A stretch of DNA of 64,000 bases from Chiloscyllium plagiosum (taxonomy: Eukaryota). The stretch covers positions 13,390,543-13,454,542 of the forward strand of contig NC_057749.1 in NCBI RefSeq assembly GCF_004010195.1, read 5' to 3'. A program made the position numbers and the translations under genes. Every line of letters starts with the position of its first letter. Positions within the stretch are counted from its first letter, which is position 1. Under the pieces are notes generated by a model, which saw only the letters and a list, made by a program, of their open reading frames with translations, did not search any database and was not told the origin of the DNA. This document shows positions 40,429-53,051 of this stretch, piece after piece.

Positions 40429-41002
40429 CTGTAACTTTATTTCTATGAAATAGAAATAAAGTTACAGGTACAAAATGAATGTTTGGGCAAGACTTTAATC
40501 TTCACTTTATCTGGTAGGAGGATTATCCTCCTCACCACGTTGAAAGGGTCCAGAAAGGATTGACAAGGATGTTGCCAGGGTTGGCCTTCAGCTATAGGGA
40601 GAGGCTGAATAGGGTGGGAGCATTTTTCCTGGTGTGTCGGAGGCTGAGGGGTGGCCTTATAAAATCATGAGAGACATGGATAGCATGAATAGCCAAGGTC
40701 TTTTTCCCAGAGTAGGGGAGTCCAAAACAAGGGGGCATAGGTTTAGGGTAAGAGGGGAAAGATATAAAAAAAAGACCTAAAGGGTAGGTTTTACATACAG
40801 ATGGTGTTGCATGATGGAATGAGCTGCCAGAGGAAGTGGTGGAGGCTGATACAATTACAGCATTTAAAAGGTATCTGGATGGATACAAAAATAGGAAAGG
40901 ATAAGAGGGATATGGGCCAAATGCTGACAAATGGAACTAGGTGAATTTAGGATATCTGGTCGGCATGGACGAGTTGGACCAAAGATCTGTTTCATTGCAA
41001 TA

Positions 41003-41315
41003 TGGGCAGTACAGTGGCTCAGTGGTTAGCATTGTTGTCTCACAGCACTAGGGACCTGGGTTCAATTCCAGTCTAGGCTGACTGTCTGTGTGGAGTTTGC
41101 ACATTCTCCCTGTGTCTGTGTGGGTTTCCTCCCACAATCCAAAGATGTACAGGTTAGGTGAATTGCCCATCACATTCAGGGATGTGTAGGTTAGATGCAT
41201 TAGTTAGGGGTAAACGTAGAGTAATAGGGGAATGGGTTTGGGTGGGTTACTCTTTGGAGGATTGGTGTGGTCTTGTAGGGCCGTAGGGCCTGTTTCTACA
41301 CTGTATGGTTTCTAA
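41003..41315 (+). mobile_element. HE1-type SINE
   Basis: A/B boxes and core. Further plus-strand copies at about 5401-5562, 19578-19905, 43742-44010, 45614-45953, 51095-51345, 58500-58848, 61874-62166. Confidence 0.88.
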
Positions 41316-42496
41316 TTCAACACTATGATGCTATACGCAACTCTAACAGTTTGTGTTTTGCAGTGTGAGTTACCCGTTCTGTCTGTGTGTCTCTATGTAT
41401 AAAGCTTCAATGTATCGCTGTGTGATTATCTTGGGAAGTATTGTCAGAGGGTATGAATATTTATGAAGTTTAGACAATAATTGACTTCTCCTTGCAGGTT
41501 TGCAAAAAGGAAAAGTAATAACAGTCCCTGCCTCAGGCCTACATCGTGGTTTTACAGACTGATTTCAACTCACTGTTGAACACTGACAGGCTGATTCCAG
41601 AAAAATCAATGTGCTTGCCTTGCTGCCTCATTGTTATATACTGAATAGAAATGACTTACAGAGAAAAGTGAAGATGATTATCTTCACTGATAATAGAAGA
41701 GACCTTACTCAAAGGAAATAGAAAGGAGTGGAAAAGACATGAGGGTAGGAAGTTTAAAGGCAGAGAGTATCTTGCGAGTGCTGAAGAGACACACATATGC
41801 GCATACACACACAGAATACAAAGCTCCTTTTCTGTGTATTGCCTCTCTGGGGACTAGAGAGGAAGCAGGCAGCAGTTCCTGCTTATTTAATTAGTGTGCA
41901 GTGTAACTTATCTTGAAGGAGCACCCAGGAGAGGCCTACAGGGCATCTTACTATCTAACAGGTCACGCACTCCCGTCTACTGCAGGGAATGCTTATTGCA
42001 GCAGGAGCTCAGGCACCTCCACTTAATTCACTTCTTTCAGGATTTGATTTAATAGCTTGAAAATTGTGATGGTGTGTTGCTTGGGTGGTTTTTCATTTTC
42101 TCTGTCCAGTCCACAACTGCAGAATTAATGGCCGCAGGCATCTTCAGTATTGAATAATTGGTTGCTTATTTTTAATCCTCCTGATTTCTCCCCTTTTCCC
42201 TGTTTTCTGGAGCACTCAATAGGCGTTGGTGTTCTGTCTGGCATTGTGAACAATACACTCAATGTGTTGAATGTAGCATAGTCACATATGAAACATCATC
42301 AGTACATTGAATGTATCACAATCAGTCCATCCAACATGTATCCCTCACACAATATCATTAAAGGAGATGATTTGTTCATAACCAGATTTCATGTCTGTGG
42401 GTTCTTGCTATGTGCAGAATTGGCTACTGCGTTTTCTAGGGTGCAACAGGTCATCCTGCTGCGTTGCAACTGCAGTGACTGGACTGAGCTAGTTGG

Positions 42497-43146
42497 TGTT
42501 ATGGACCAGGCCATAGCCCCTAAAAACATTTCAAGAAAGTAGCCCAGACCCTAACTTTGCTAGTTGTTTCAGCTGGTGTAATATGGATATTCCAGGAGGG
42601 ATGCAGCTGGTCAAACTACTTAGATTTAAACAAAACAATTTATTTACAAGATTACCAGATGAAATACAAGCAAAAGAGAACAGAATACCAAATAACTTAA
42701 CCCATCCGAAAACTCAACAGATCGTCCCAACTTAATGATGCTGTTCCAGATACTTGTGACAATCCTCATAAAGAACTCTTGGTACAAAAGGTAAAATCAA
42801 ACCCAGGGTCTTACGGGAGAGATTTCAGAGAGAGAGGAGGATCAGCATGGACCTGCTTCTTTGGGTCCAGCAGTTTCAAAACTGCCTGACTGCTTTTAGT
42901 GAATAGCCAGACTGCCCAAAACCAAACCAAACCAGAGAAAAGCTGAGCTGGGAGAACTGGCCACTTCCCTTTCATTACACAAGTTTTTTTTAACTTGAAA
43001 GCCTTTTTTCTGAGTTTGTTAGCTATAATCAAACTGGCCCTAAAACCTATTGAACTTAAACTTTTCAGAGTCTGTGTCTTCTACAACTTCTCTGGGAAAA
43101 AAATCCAAGGACAGCATTAGCTTGTTAAAGGAGCAGCATCATCACA
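42497..43146 (-). mobile_element. Solo LTR (650 bp, TG...CA)
   Basis: tgttatggaccagg...catcatcaca; partial copy in the opposite orientation at about 55735-56198 and a diverged relative split at 57643-57894 / 58957-59400. Confidence 0.7.
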
Positions 43147-44757
43147 CTGGTTAGAGTCCATGTACCATCCATGTGTCAATAAAGCATAACTTGGTGACAG
43201 GATATCAGCCTCTATGGAGTTATCTCACAACAGCTCACCCCTGTGCTTTCCCAATGTCTCATGAAATGGAACCATCGACCATAATGGATTTTGATCTCAT
43301 CTTCCAGAGCATTCAAGCCCTCTCCTCCTTCAGCACACTTCACCACTCCCGCCCCTCTACCCAATGCCTCATGTTCACTCTGGGGTTGTCAAATGGGGTC
43401 CCCCACACCTCAGCATGGTTGCTGAAGTGACCAAATGATTGGCCTGTTCATTGTGAAACCTCGACTGATTGTGCTCCTGGCAAACACCTTGAGGCACATT
43501 ACAGGCAGGGAGGACTAATGTAAGTGCAAGTCATCATTGCTGGTGCCAAATGCCTCTAGCAGTTACCTAAGCTGAAACAAAGCTCTAGGTGGATCTCATG
43601 GGGTCTGGGTTCACTGGTTAAGAATGGCACTAGATTTGTGGACAACACAACAATAGATGGTGAGGATGGCACAAAGAATCCATAGAGGGATATAGACAGA
43701 TTAAGTGAGTGGGCAAAAACCTGACAGATGGAATATAATGTGGGTGGCATGGTGGCTCAGGGGTTAACACTGCTGCCTTACAGCACCAGGGATCTGGATT
43801 CGATTCTAACCTCAGGCAACTGTCCATGTAGAGTTTGCACATTCTCCCTACGTCTGCATGGGTTTCCTCCAGGTACTCCAATTTCGTCCCGCAATCCAAA
43901 GACGTGTAGGTCAGGTGGATTAGCCATGCTAATTTGCCTGTGGTGTCCGGGGATGTGCAGGCTAGATGGATTAGCCATGGGAAATGTGGGTTAACAGGGT
44001 TGGGATGAGCTGGCTTCTTACTGCTGTTGTTTTTATTGATTTGCTGAGGAGTCAATTTAAAAAGAAATAGCTGACTTCATTCTCAGTGTGGTGTTGCATT
44101 CCAGAAGTGTAAAGTGGAAGCTGATGTTTGTACTTGACTATAGATTTACAATAAAATCTAAGTGTTTTGATGCCTAGTTCACCAGACAAAGGTAAAGTCA
44201 CCATTCTCTTACAGCACCATAGAACTGTTCTCTTAGACAGTCATACAGCACGGAAACAGACTCTTCAGCCTGACCAATCGAAGCCGACCATAATCCCAAA
44301 CTAAACAATCCCACCTGCTTGCTCCTGGACAGAAAGACGATCACCATGCTTTGGGTGAAGGGAGAGTCCTTCATGGTAACCTCAGGCTGTTGAATCCATG
44401 CTGTGGTAACATATTGTATCACAAACCAGCTGTCCAGCCAAGTAAGGCAGCTAACCCCCACCTAGACATCACCTTATGAAATAGCATCCTCTCTATCTCT
44501 CTCTCCTCCTCTCAAGCCCACCACTTTGGAGACACTTCTTCAACTTTTAAAGTCTCATTATGTGGCTCAGTGTAAAATTTTGTTGATAGTCCTCCTGTTT
44601 AACATATTGGGATGTTTCACAATGTTAAATGTTTAAACAAAATGCAAGTTAGTGTTGAACCAGGGCTTGCCAGTTTGGATAGTAAATCCATTCAAGGAGC
44701 TTCTCTATTTGTTAAGCTCTACCCTTTGGACTGCTCAGCTGTGTCCTTTAAACATCC

Positions 44758-44964
44758 TTGAGGAGAAAGTGAGGTCTGCAGATGCTGGAGATCAGAGCTG
44801 AAAATGTGTTGCTGGAAAAGCGCAGCAGGTCAGGCAGCATCCAGGGAACAGGAGAATCGAGTTTTCGGGCATTCCTGAAGAAGGGCTTATGCCCGAAACG
44901 TCAATTCTCCTGTTCCCTGGATGCTGCCTGACCTGCTGCGCTTTTCCAGCAACACATTTTCAGC
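44758..44964. mobile_element. Young fold-back PLE cassette with 14-bp TSD
   Basis: tcctttaaacatcc at 44744-44757 and 44965-44978; arms 44795-44872 and 44889-44966; central CTGAAGAagggcttatgcccGAAACGTC. Confidence 0.85.
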
Positions 44965-46584
44965 TCCTTTAAACATCCCTCCACTGGATTATTTGTATCA
45001 CCGAAAGTATTTGATTATCAACGTCATTCCTGCCCCATTCCCTGATATCTATCCAACTCATTTAGAAAGAGTTAAGTTGTCTCAGACTCCGCTGTTTAGA
45101 CTGCACATCAAATTCATACATAGATTCCTACATTTGAGGTGAGCTAATTATAAACTTACACCTTCCATTTCATAGCATGGGCGAGACACGTTGCAACTGC
45201 ATCATCTGGATCGCTCAACAACTTAATGGCTTCAATCGTGACTGTTCAAAGGTTCAGCAGAAGCAAGTTCTGATTTCATCATAACTTAAAGCCCCAGATC
45301 CACTTGTATCAACCTTCACTACACCCTCCCAAATGCTCAGCCCACTTGGAAGGCCCTTCAAATCAGCAATGCAGCATGCCATTCAGCCCCTCTGGTTTGC
45401 TCTGCCATTCAATAAGATCATGGCGGATCAGATTGTATCGTCAACTGCACCTTCCTGCCGACCACTTTGAATCCCTTGTATGTCAAATATCTATTGGTCT
45501 CTGCCACTCTGGGCAGCACCACAACTGGGTGAAGCAATGAACATTTGTATGTTGCAGTACAATGTCACTACAGCTGCCTATATTAAAAATGGCATTGCCA
45601 CTCTTAATGATGCTGGGCAGCATGATGGCTTAGTGGTTAGCACTGCTGCCTCACAGTTCTAGGGACCTGGGTTTGATTCCAGGCTCGGGCGTCTGTTTGT
45701 TGGAGTTTGCACATTCTCCCCGTGTCTGCGTGGGTGCTCTGGCTTCTCTTACAGTCCAAAGATGTACAGGTCAGGTGGATTGGCCTTGCTAAATTGACCG
45801 TATTGCCCTTGGATGTGAGGGCTAAGTGGGTTAGCCATGAGAAATGCAGGTATACAGGGAAAGAGGAGGGTCTGGTGGATGCTGTACAGAGGGTCTGTGT
45901 CAACATCAATGGGTCTAATGACCTGTTTCTAAACTGTAGGGTTTCTATGATTCTACCCATCTTAAAGATGGCACCATTCACATGCCACAGGCTGAAAATG
46001 AGCTCCGAGGTATTACCAGAAAACTAGGACACATTTGGTTTTCCACTGAGATCCTATTTTGTTTGTTACTGAGTCCTACCTGATGCTCCTTGTTTTAGTG
46101 CAAGATTCCTATGATCATTAAGATATGGTGTTAAATGAGGATATTGGGAAAAGCAACAGATGAAATAAGTGAATACAATATTTCATTGCTTGAGGCCTAC
46201 ACTGAAATCCAGTCCTAACTCTAGTGAGGCTCAGAACAGTTCTGTCTGTCATCACACATTTCCACATCAAACTATATGGATGCAGTGATCTTGAATTTCA
46301 GCCCGCATTGGACAGATGCACACCAGAAAAGTAATCACATGGAAAATGTAAGGTAATTCAGAATAGTCAGCATGGATTTGTTAAGGGAAAATCATGTTGA
46401 ACTAACTTGCTGGAGGTTTTTGAACAGGTAACCGAGAGAGTTGATGAGAGCAGTGCTGTTGATGCGATGTACATGAATTTTCAAAAGACATACAGTACTG
46501 TGCCATATAATAGACTTGCAAGGAAAGTGATAGGTCATGGAATAAAAGGGATAGTAGCAATGTGGATACAAAATTGACCACTTT

Positions 46585-48165
46585 TAGAACATAGAATATA
46601 GAACAGTACAGCACAGTACAGGCTCTTTGGTCCTCGATGCTTTGTCAACATTTTATCCTGCTCTAAAATCAAACTAACCTATATTTTACTATCATCAATG
46701 TGCCTATCCAAAAATCGCTTAAATGTACCAAATGTATCTGACTCTTCCACCACTGCTGGCAGTACATTCCAGGCACCCACCACTCTCTGTGTAAATAACC
46801 TACTTCTGTCATCTCCCTTAAATATTCCTGCAATCACCTTAAAATTATACCCCCTTATGATAGTCATTTCTGTCCTGGGAAAAAGTCTCTGGCTATCCAC
46901 TCAACCTATGTCTCTCATCATCTTGTACACCCCAATCAAGTCACCTCTCATCCTTCTTCTCTCAAATGAAAAAGCCTTATCTCCCCCAACCTTTCTTCAT
47001 AAGACATGCCCTCCAGTCCAGGCAGCATCCTGGTAAATCTCCTCTGCACCCTCTCCAAAGTTTCCACATCCTTACTATAATGAGGTGACCAGAACTGAAC
47101 ACAATATTCCAACTGTGGTCGAACCAGGGCTTTATAGAGCTGCAACATAACCTCGCAGCTTTTAAACTCAATCCCCTACTAATGAAAGCCAACACACCAT
47201 ACACCGCCTTATCAATCCTATCAACTTGGGTGGAAACTTTCAGGGATCTATGGATGTGAACCCTAAGATCCCTCTGTTTCTCCACACTGCCAAGAATCCT
47301 GCCTTCAACCCTGTATTCTGCATTCACATTCGACCTTTCAAAATAAATCACTTCACACTTTCTCAGGTTGAACTCCATCAGCCGCTTCTCAGCCCAGCTC
47401 TGCATCCTGTCAATGTCCCATTGCAACCTACAACAGTCCTCCACACTATCCGCAACTTCACCAACCTTCGTGCCATCGGCAAACTTACTAACGCACCCTC
47501 CCACTTCCTCATCCAAGTCATTTATAAAAATCACAAAGAGCAGTGGTCCCAGAACAGATTTCTGTGGAACACCACTGGCCACCGAGCTCCAGACAGAGTA
47601 CTTTCCATCTATCACTACCCTCTGTCTTCTATGGGCCAGCCAATTATGTATCCAGACTTTCAAATTTCCCTGTATCCCATGCTTCCTTACTTTCTGAATG
47701 AGCCTACCATGGGGAACCTTATCAAACACCTTGCTAAAATCCATATACACCACATCCATTGCTCTATCTTCATCAAAGTGTTTTATCACATCCTCAAAGA
47801 ATTCAATGAGGCTTGCGAGGCATGACCTGCCTCTCACAAAGCCATGGTGACTATTTCTAATCAAGCTATGCTTTTCCAAATAATCATAAATCCTGTCTCT
47901 CAGAATCCTCTCCAATAATTTGCTCAGCACTGACTTAAGACTGATTGGTCTCTAATTCCCAGGGTTATCCTTATTCTCTTTCTTGAACAAGGGAATAACA
48001 TTTGCCACCCTCCAATCATCTGGTACTACTTCAGTGGACAGTGAGGATACAAAGATCATCGCCAAAGGCACAGCAATCTCTTCACTCACTTTCCATAGAA
48101 ACCTTGGGTATATCCCATCTGGCCCAGGGGCCTTATCTATTCTTATGTTTTTCAAAATTTCAAGC
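46585..48165 (-). mobile_element. CR1/HER1 LINE fragment containing the RT domain
   Basis: 317-aa ORF 46977-47930 with YMDFSKVFDKVPH, GVPQKSVLGP, FADGTK; frameshifted at both ends; agaacatagaat tail. Confidence 0.93.
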
Positions 48166-48278
48166 ATATTCTTACCAACTTCTTCAGAGATGTTATTACA
48201 ACTGGAGCAGGTGGGATTTGAACCCAGGCCGTCGAGCTCCAAAGTAGCAGCATTACTGCAGTGATTGTAAGAATGTCA

Positions 48279-48482
48279 TTAAAAATCACACAACACCAGG
48301 TTATAGTCCAACAGGTTTAATTGGAAGCACACTAGCTTTCGGAGCGACGCTCCTTATCACCTGATGAAGGAGCGTCGCTCCGAAAGTTAGTGTGCTTCCA
48401 ATTAAACCTGTTGGACTATAACCTGATGTTGTGTGATTTTTAACTTTGTACACCCCAGTCCAACACCGGCATCTCCAAATCA
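48279..48482. mobile_element. Young fold-back PLE cassette with 13-bp TSD
   Basis: tgtaagaatgtca at 48266-48278 and 48483-48495; 77-bp arms 48279-48355 and 48367-48443 with 2 mismatches. Confidence 0.88.
48358..48392 (+). ncRNA. Minimal type I hammerhead ribozyme motif
   Basis: cac-CUGAUGA-a-ggagc(guc)gcucc-GAAAG-UUA-gug; the opposite arm preserves the probable ancestral GAAAGCUA (palindromic AGCU stem III). Confidence 0.65.
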
Positions 48483-48670
48483 TGTAAGAATGTCAGCCAG
48501 GTAGACCTCATAGAATATGAGTTCACTGAATGGGGCTATTAATCTGGTCCAATCAGGGAGCCCTGGCTGACAGATATAAAGAGGAATGTCAGAGGTTCAG
48601 TTCACTCTGAGAGCTGGCTTCATATGCAAATAAAGGGTGACTTGATCACAGGATACCGGCCTCTGTGATG
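48483..48670 (+). mobile_element. Short LTR-like element, target of the 48279 cassette
   Basis: starts tgtaag, contains ccaat, gatataaa and aataaa; similar 3' end at about 43175-43230. Confidence 0.5.
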
Positions 48671-50138
48671 CACTAGCCCTGGCTGGTTTTATATTCTTCC
48701 TGCAACATAGATACTCTAATTCAGACTCAGGTTCAAGCTGCACTCCAGAGAGTTGAGAACAAAATCTACACTAACCTTCCAGTGCCCAAACTGAGGGGTT
48801 GCTGCACCACCAGAGCTGCCGTCTCTGAACAAGGTGTTAAACCAAAGGCCCTTTGCCCTCTTGGATGGGCATAAATATATCACGGTACAGTTTGGAGTAA
48901 GTGCATTCTCCTCAGCATCACAGTCAACACTTACCTCTTAGTCAGCATCACAAAAACAGATGATCTGGCCTTTATTGCTGTTTCTGGGATCTTTCTGTGC
49001 ACAAATGGTATGCACCACTTCATAATTACAACTACACCATCAAAAATGACTTAGTTAGCTGCAAAGGGATTTAGGACATCCTAAGGCTGTAATAAAAAAA
49101 AATGAAGGCAAATCTTTCTTTTTACAATGTGCAACGTTGCACACAATAAGTTTAATTTTGACCAAAGGACCTCACCTATAGGTCACCTTAACTGCGAAAA
49201 ATGGGATAGCACGGATGGCAGAGCACCTCATGAATGTCCCGATGCACTTCAGATATAAGGTCTCCAGCAAATGTGAACACAATTGTGGAGGATGGGACAA
49301 CCTACAAGAGGAAGCTTCTGTAGCATGATCCCGTAAGAGAGGTTTCTGAGCTACACTCAAGAGAGTTTCATTGTGAATGGCTCTCGGGGTCTAAAGAAAT
49401 CCTGGTTTGCTGGAGAAAGGCAGACAATGTCCATCCGAAACAACAGATGGCTGTCATCAGTGCCAACATGGTAGGAGAAAGTTACATGGCCCATTTAAAC
49501 ACTGTTAGCATTGTGTTAACACCAACTGAATATTCACTCTGGGATCTCAATGCTGCCCAACCCAGAATCTACCCAGAGCTCTAGGTGTTATTTCCCTTTC
49601 ACTTCTTGCCAGCTCCAACATGATTTATCTCAGCCTTGAAAGAGGACATTCTGCTATTCAACCCATTCTGTCCATTCCGTGAGATAATGCTTTATCTTTA
49701 TTCGAACATGACCCTTACTGCTCTTGCTTACCACCACCTAATAAATGAATCCCAGGACTGAAACTAGACCCAAATCCTTATCTTGGCCATTCTTTTATTT
49801 ACAGAATACACTACAAATTACAGACTAAATAAGAACCAACAGAACTGCAGATGCTGTAAATCCAAATCACAAATAGAAAAGCTCAGCAGGTCTGGCAGCA
49901 TTTGTGGAGAGAAATCAGTTAACGTTTCGGGTCGAGTGACCCTTCCTGCTTTCTACCGGCTATCCCAGTGTGGCAGCAGTTTCTCCTTATGAGAGTTGTA
50001 ATTAAATAATGTCTTCCTCCTGGATATATATAACTAATCTATCATTAAAAAATGTGTTTGTTGTCTTGCAATTAAATGACCGTAAATAGGCATAGTGGCA
50101 CTCACTAACTCTGTGCCCCTCTCTGGCCTGCCTCCCAG

Positions 50139-50293
50139 CTCGAACTGGCTGAAGCCTTGCTGTGGGAGACGGACAGCTGTCTGGCAAGTGGTCCTACTCA
50201 GCGCTGGACTCAACTGCTTCCTGGTAGCGTCCGTGGTCCTGGTTGTCCTCCTGCTAACGCTGGAGCTCCTTATCGATACCAAGTTACTTCAGT
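50139..50293 (+). CDS. TMEM266: TMEM266 coding exon (pre-S1 and S1), 155 nt
   Basis: cctcccag|c acceptor and t|gtgagt donor; SNWLKPCCGRRTAVWQVVLLSAGLNCFLVASVVLVVLLLTLELLIDTKLLQ; phase fits the previous exon (AG+C=Ser). Confidence 0.96.
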
Positions 50294-50393
50294 GTGAGTA
50301 CAGTATGACCTTACCCGCTCAACCTTCCCTTCTCCAATGCGGCCTGTTCAGTCGTTTCTTGGTAGTCATCATCCCTTTTCTCTCTTGTTGAAG

Positions 50394-50467
50394 TTACCAG
50401 TGCATTCCAGTTTGCGGGGATCATTCACTGGATAAGTCTTGTCATCCTCTCTGTTTTCTTCACTGAG
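50394..50467 (+). CDS. TMEM266: TMEM266 coding exon (S2), 74 nt
   Basis: polypyrimidine tract...gaag|tt acceptor and gag|gtaagc donor; FTSAFQFAGIIHWISLVILSVFFTE (T+TT=Phe); absent from the ORF track. Confidence 0.96.
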
Positions 50468-51917
50468 GTAAGCCGTTGCTATTTGTTAAAAAGCGTTTCA
50501 TATTTGCTAATGACTGTGCAATGCTATTTACTATCTCTCCTGTGGCACTACTCATATTAAGATAGCAGATGTACTGATTTGGTACACCATTCATTTGCCA
50601 GTTGAACATACTGGCTTCATCACACGGCTGGAAAGGGACTAAAGGGCCAGTTGCTAAACTGGTTGATGATAGAACAATAGGAAAGTAAATTGTGGGGAGG
50701 ATGTAAAAAGGCTATAAACGAATGTAAATAAGTTAAGGGAGGGGCATTGCTCAATTGCCACTCAACCACCACATCCCACTATAATGTACGATTAATTGAA
50801 CTCTACCAGTATACATTGATGCTTACTCTACTGTTAGCTGGCCAATCTCTAAATGTATGCCAATGTTACCCTCCTACATCATGAACTTTAATCTTCTATA
50901 ACAATCTTTAATGTGGCTCCTTACCAAATGCCATCTGGAAATCTAAGTACAATATATCTACCAGCTCACCTTTATCCACAGCATAAGTCTATCTCAAAGA
51001 ACTGCAATAAATTGGTTGAAATATGATTTCTTTTATAAAGTCCACGTTGACTTTTCCTGATTACCTTGAACTTTTCTTAGTCTCCATCTACAACGCTGGT
51101 GGCTCACCTCTGCCTCACAATGCCAGGGACCCGGGTTTGATTCCACCCTTGGGTGACTGTGTGGAATTTGCACATTCTCACAGTGTATGCATGGGTTCTC
51201 TCTCGGTGCTCTCATTCTTCCCACAGTGCAAAAGAGTGCAGGTTAGGCAGATTGGCCATGGCAAATGTGGGTCTGAGTGGAATGCTTTTCAGAGGGTCAG
51301 TGTGGACTTGAATGGCCTGCTTCCAAACAGCAGGGATACTATGATAACATCTCCATCGTGCTCCTGAGGACAGGTGCCAAATTAACTGGCCTGTTGTTTC
51401 ATGCTTTCTGTCTCCCTCCTTTTTTTGAAGTTTATGAATTCAACCCAAAAATGTCCAAGAAACAGGGAGCAAGCAAAAACCACCCAGCAAAATGAACAAT
51501 TGCCCTCACCAAGTCCAGCTATGCAAGGACATATAAGGTGAACTAAGGAGCTTCATTAAGTTTTGTCCCTTTATCAGGGAATAAGCTTCATAGAAACACA
51601 AAGGTTGGAATGGGACATATAGCCCATTGAGCCTGCTCAATCATTCAGTTAGCTAATGGCTGATCACCTAACAACATCATTGTCTTGCACTATCTTCATA
51701 TCCCTTAATGTTGCGAGATTCCTAAATCTGTCAATCTCTGACTTGAACAGACTCAATGACTAAGCTTCTACAGCCTCTGGAATTGAGAATTCCAAAGACT
51801 CACCCTCCTCTGAGTGAAGAAATTCCTCATCATCTCAGTCCTGAATGGTCTGTAGTCATGAGAGTTTGGAAGGATGAAAGAGGATTAGATCGAAATATAT
51901 CAAATTCTAACAGAGCT

Positions 51918-52137
51918 CGGAGAAAGTGAGGACTATAGTGCTGGAAATCAGAGACAAAGAGTGTGGTTCTGGAAAAGCATAGCTGGTCAGGCAGCATCCA
52001 AGGAGCAGGAGAATCGACATTTTGGACATAATACCGAACGTGTTTCGGGAATTTCTAATGAAGGGCTTATGTCCAAAATGTCGATTCTCCTGCTCCTCAG
52101 ATGCTGCCTGACCAGCTATGCTTTTCCAGCACCACAC
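51918..52137. mobile_element. Fold-back PLE cassette with 12-bp TSD, inserted in a CR1 fragment
   Basis: tctaacagagct at 51906-51917 and 52138-52149; arms share variants not seen in the other copies here (catagctggtc/gaccagctatg). Confidence 0.85.
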
Positions 52138-52994
52138 TCTAACAGAGCTAGACAGACTAGATGCAGGAGAAGTTGTTTCCCATGCTTGGAGAGTCTAGAA
52201 CCAGAGATTGCAGTTTGAGGATACAAAATAGACCATTTCGGACTGAGGTGAGGAAAGATTTCTTCACTTAGACGGTGGTCAACCTGAGGAATTTGCTACC
52301 ACAGGAGGCTGGGTTACTAAGTATATTCAAACAAGAGCTCGATAAATTGTTAGATATTAAAGGCATCAAGAGATTTGGAGAGAAACTGGGAATTGAGCAC
52401 TGAGAGAGAGGATCAGCAATAATCAAATTAAATGGTGGAGGAGCTTTGAAAGGTCAAAGAGCCTACTCCTGCTCCTTTCTATGTTTATAAATAGCTTGTC
52501 CACTCTACATAAGCCAAGATCAGGAGTCTCTATGGAGAATATTTAGGCTCAGTGCCCATCCCAGTGAATTCAGTTTATACACTTTGTATATGGCTGTTGA
52601 TTGGAACTGCAGGATTGAACAAACTTCGGGGTAACTTAGCATTTTCACTCACCCTGCTGGTTGAAAATGGTAATGTCACACCGAGGCCCAGTGGGCCATA
52701 ACAGGCTGAGCTGTACACCACAGCCATCTCTCCCCACACCTGATCGGGAAATGCTTTGGGGTTAAAATCGTTGAACTGCATTGTGGCCTCCTGACACTTA
52801 ACGACCTTGTCATGGAGTAGGCTATTTAACTTCTGGTCAATATGACAGAATTTCCTTTCCTCCCCAGAACATAACTCAGAAAAGTCAGAACGTTTATGTC
52901 AGGGAACTGCTCAAAAAAACAGACAGCGCATGTATGCTGTGTAGGTCATGATGCACGGAAAGGCTAAGTCTCTGTTGTGTTCTCTCTCTATCAG

Positions 52995-53051
52995 ACTGTC
53001 TTCAGGATTGTGGTACTTGGCATTTGGGACTATATTGAGAACAAACTGGAG
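52995..53051 (+). CDS. TMEM266: TMEM266 coding exon (S2-S3 linker), 57 nt
   Basis: tctctctctatcag|act acceptor and gag|gtgagt donor; TVFRIVVLGIWDYIENKLE. Confidence 0.96.

Noticed and set aside
46977..47930. 317-aa reverse transcriptase ORF as an active or domesticated gene
   Set aside because: Catalytic FADD is mutated to FADG, both ends are frameshifted and the element is 5'-truncated: an ordinary dead CR1
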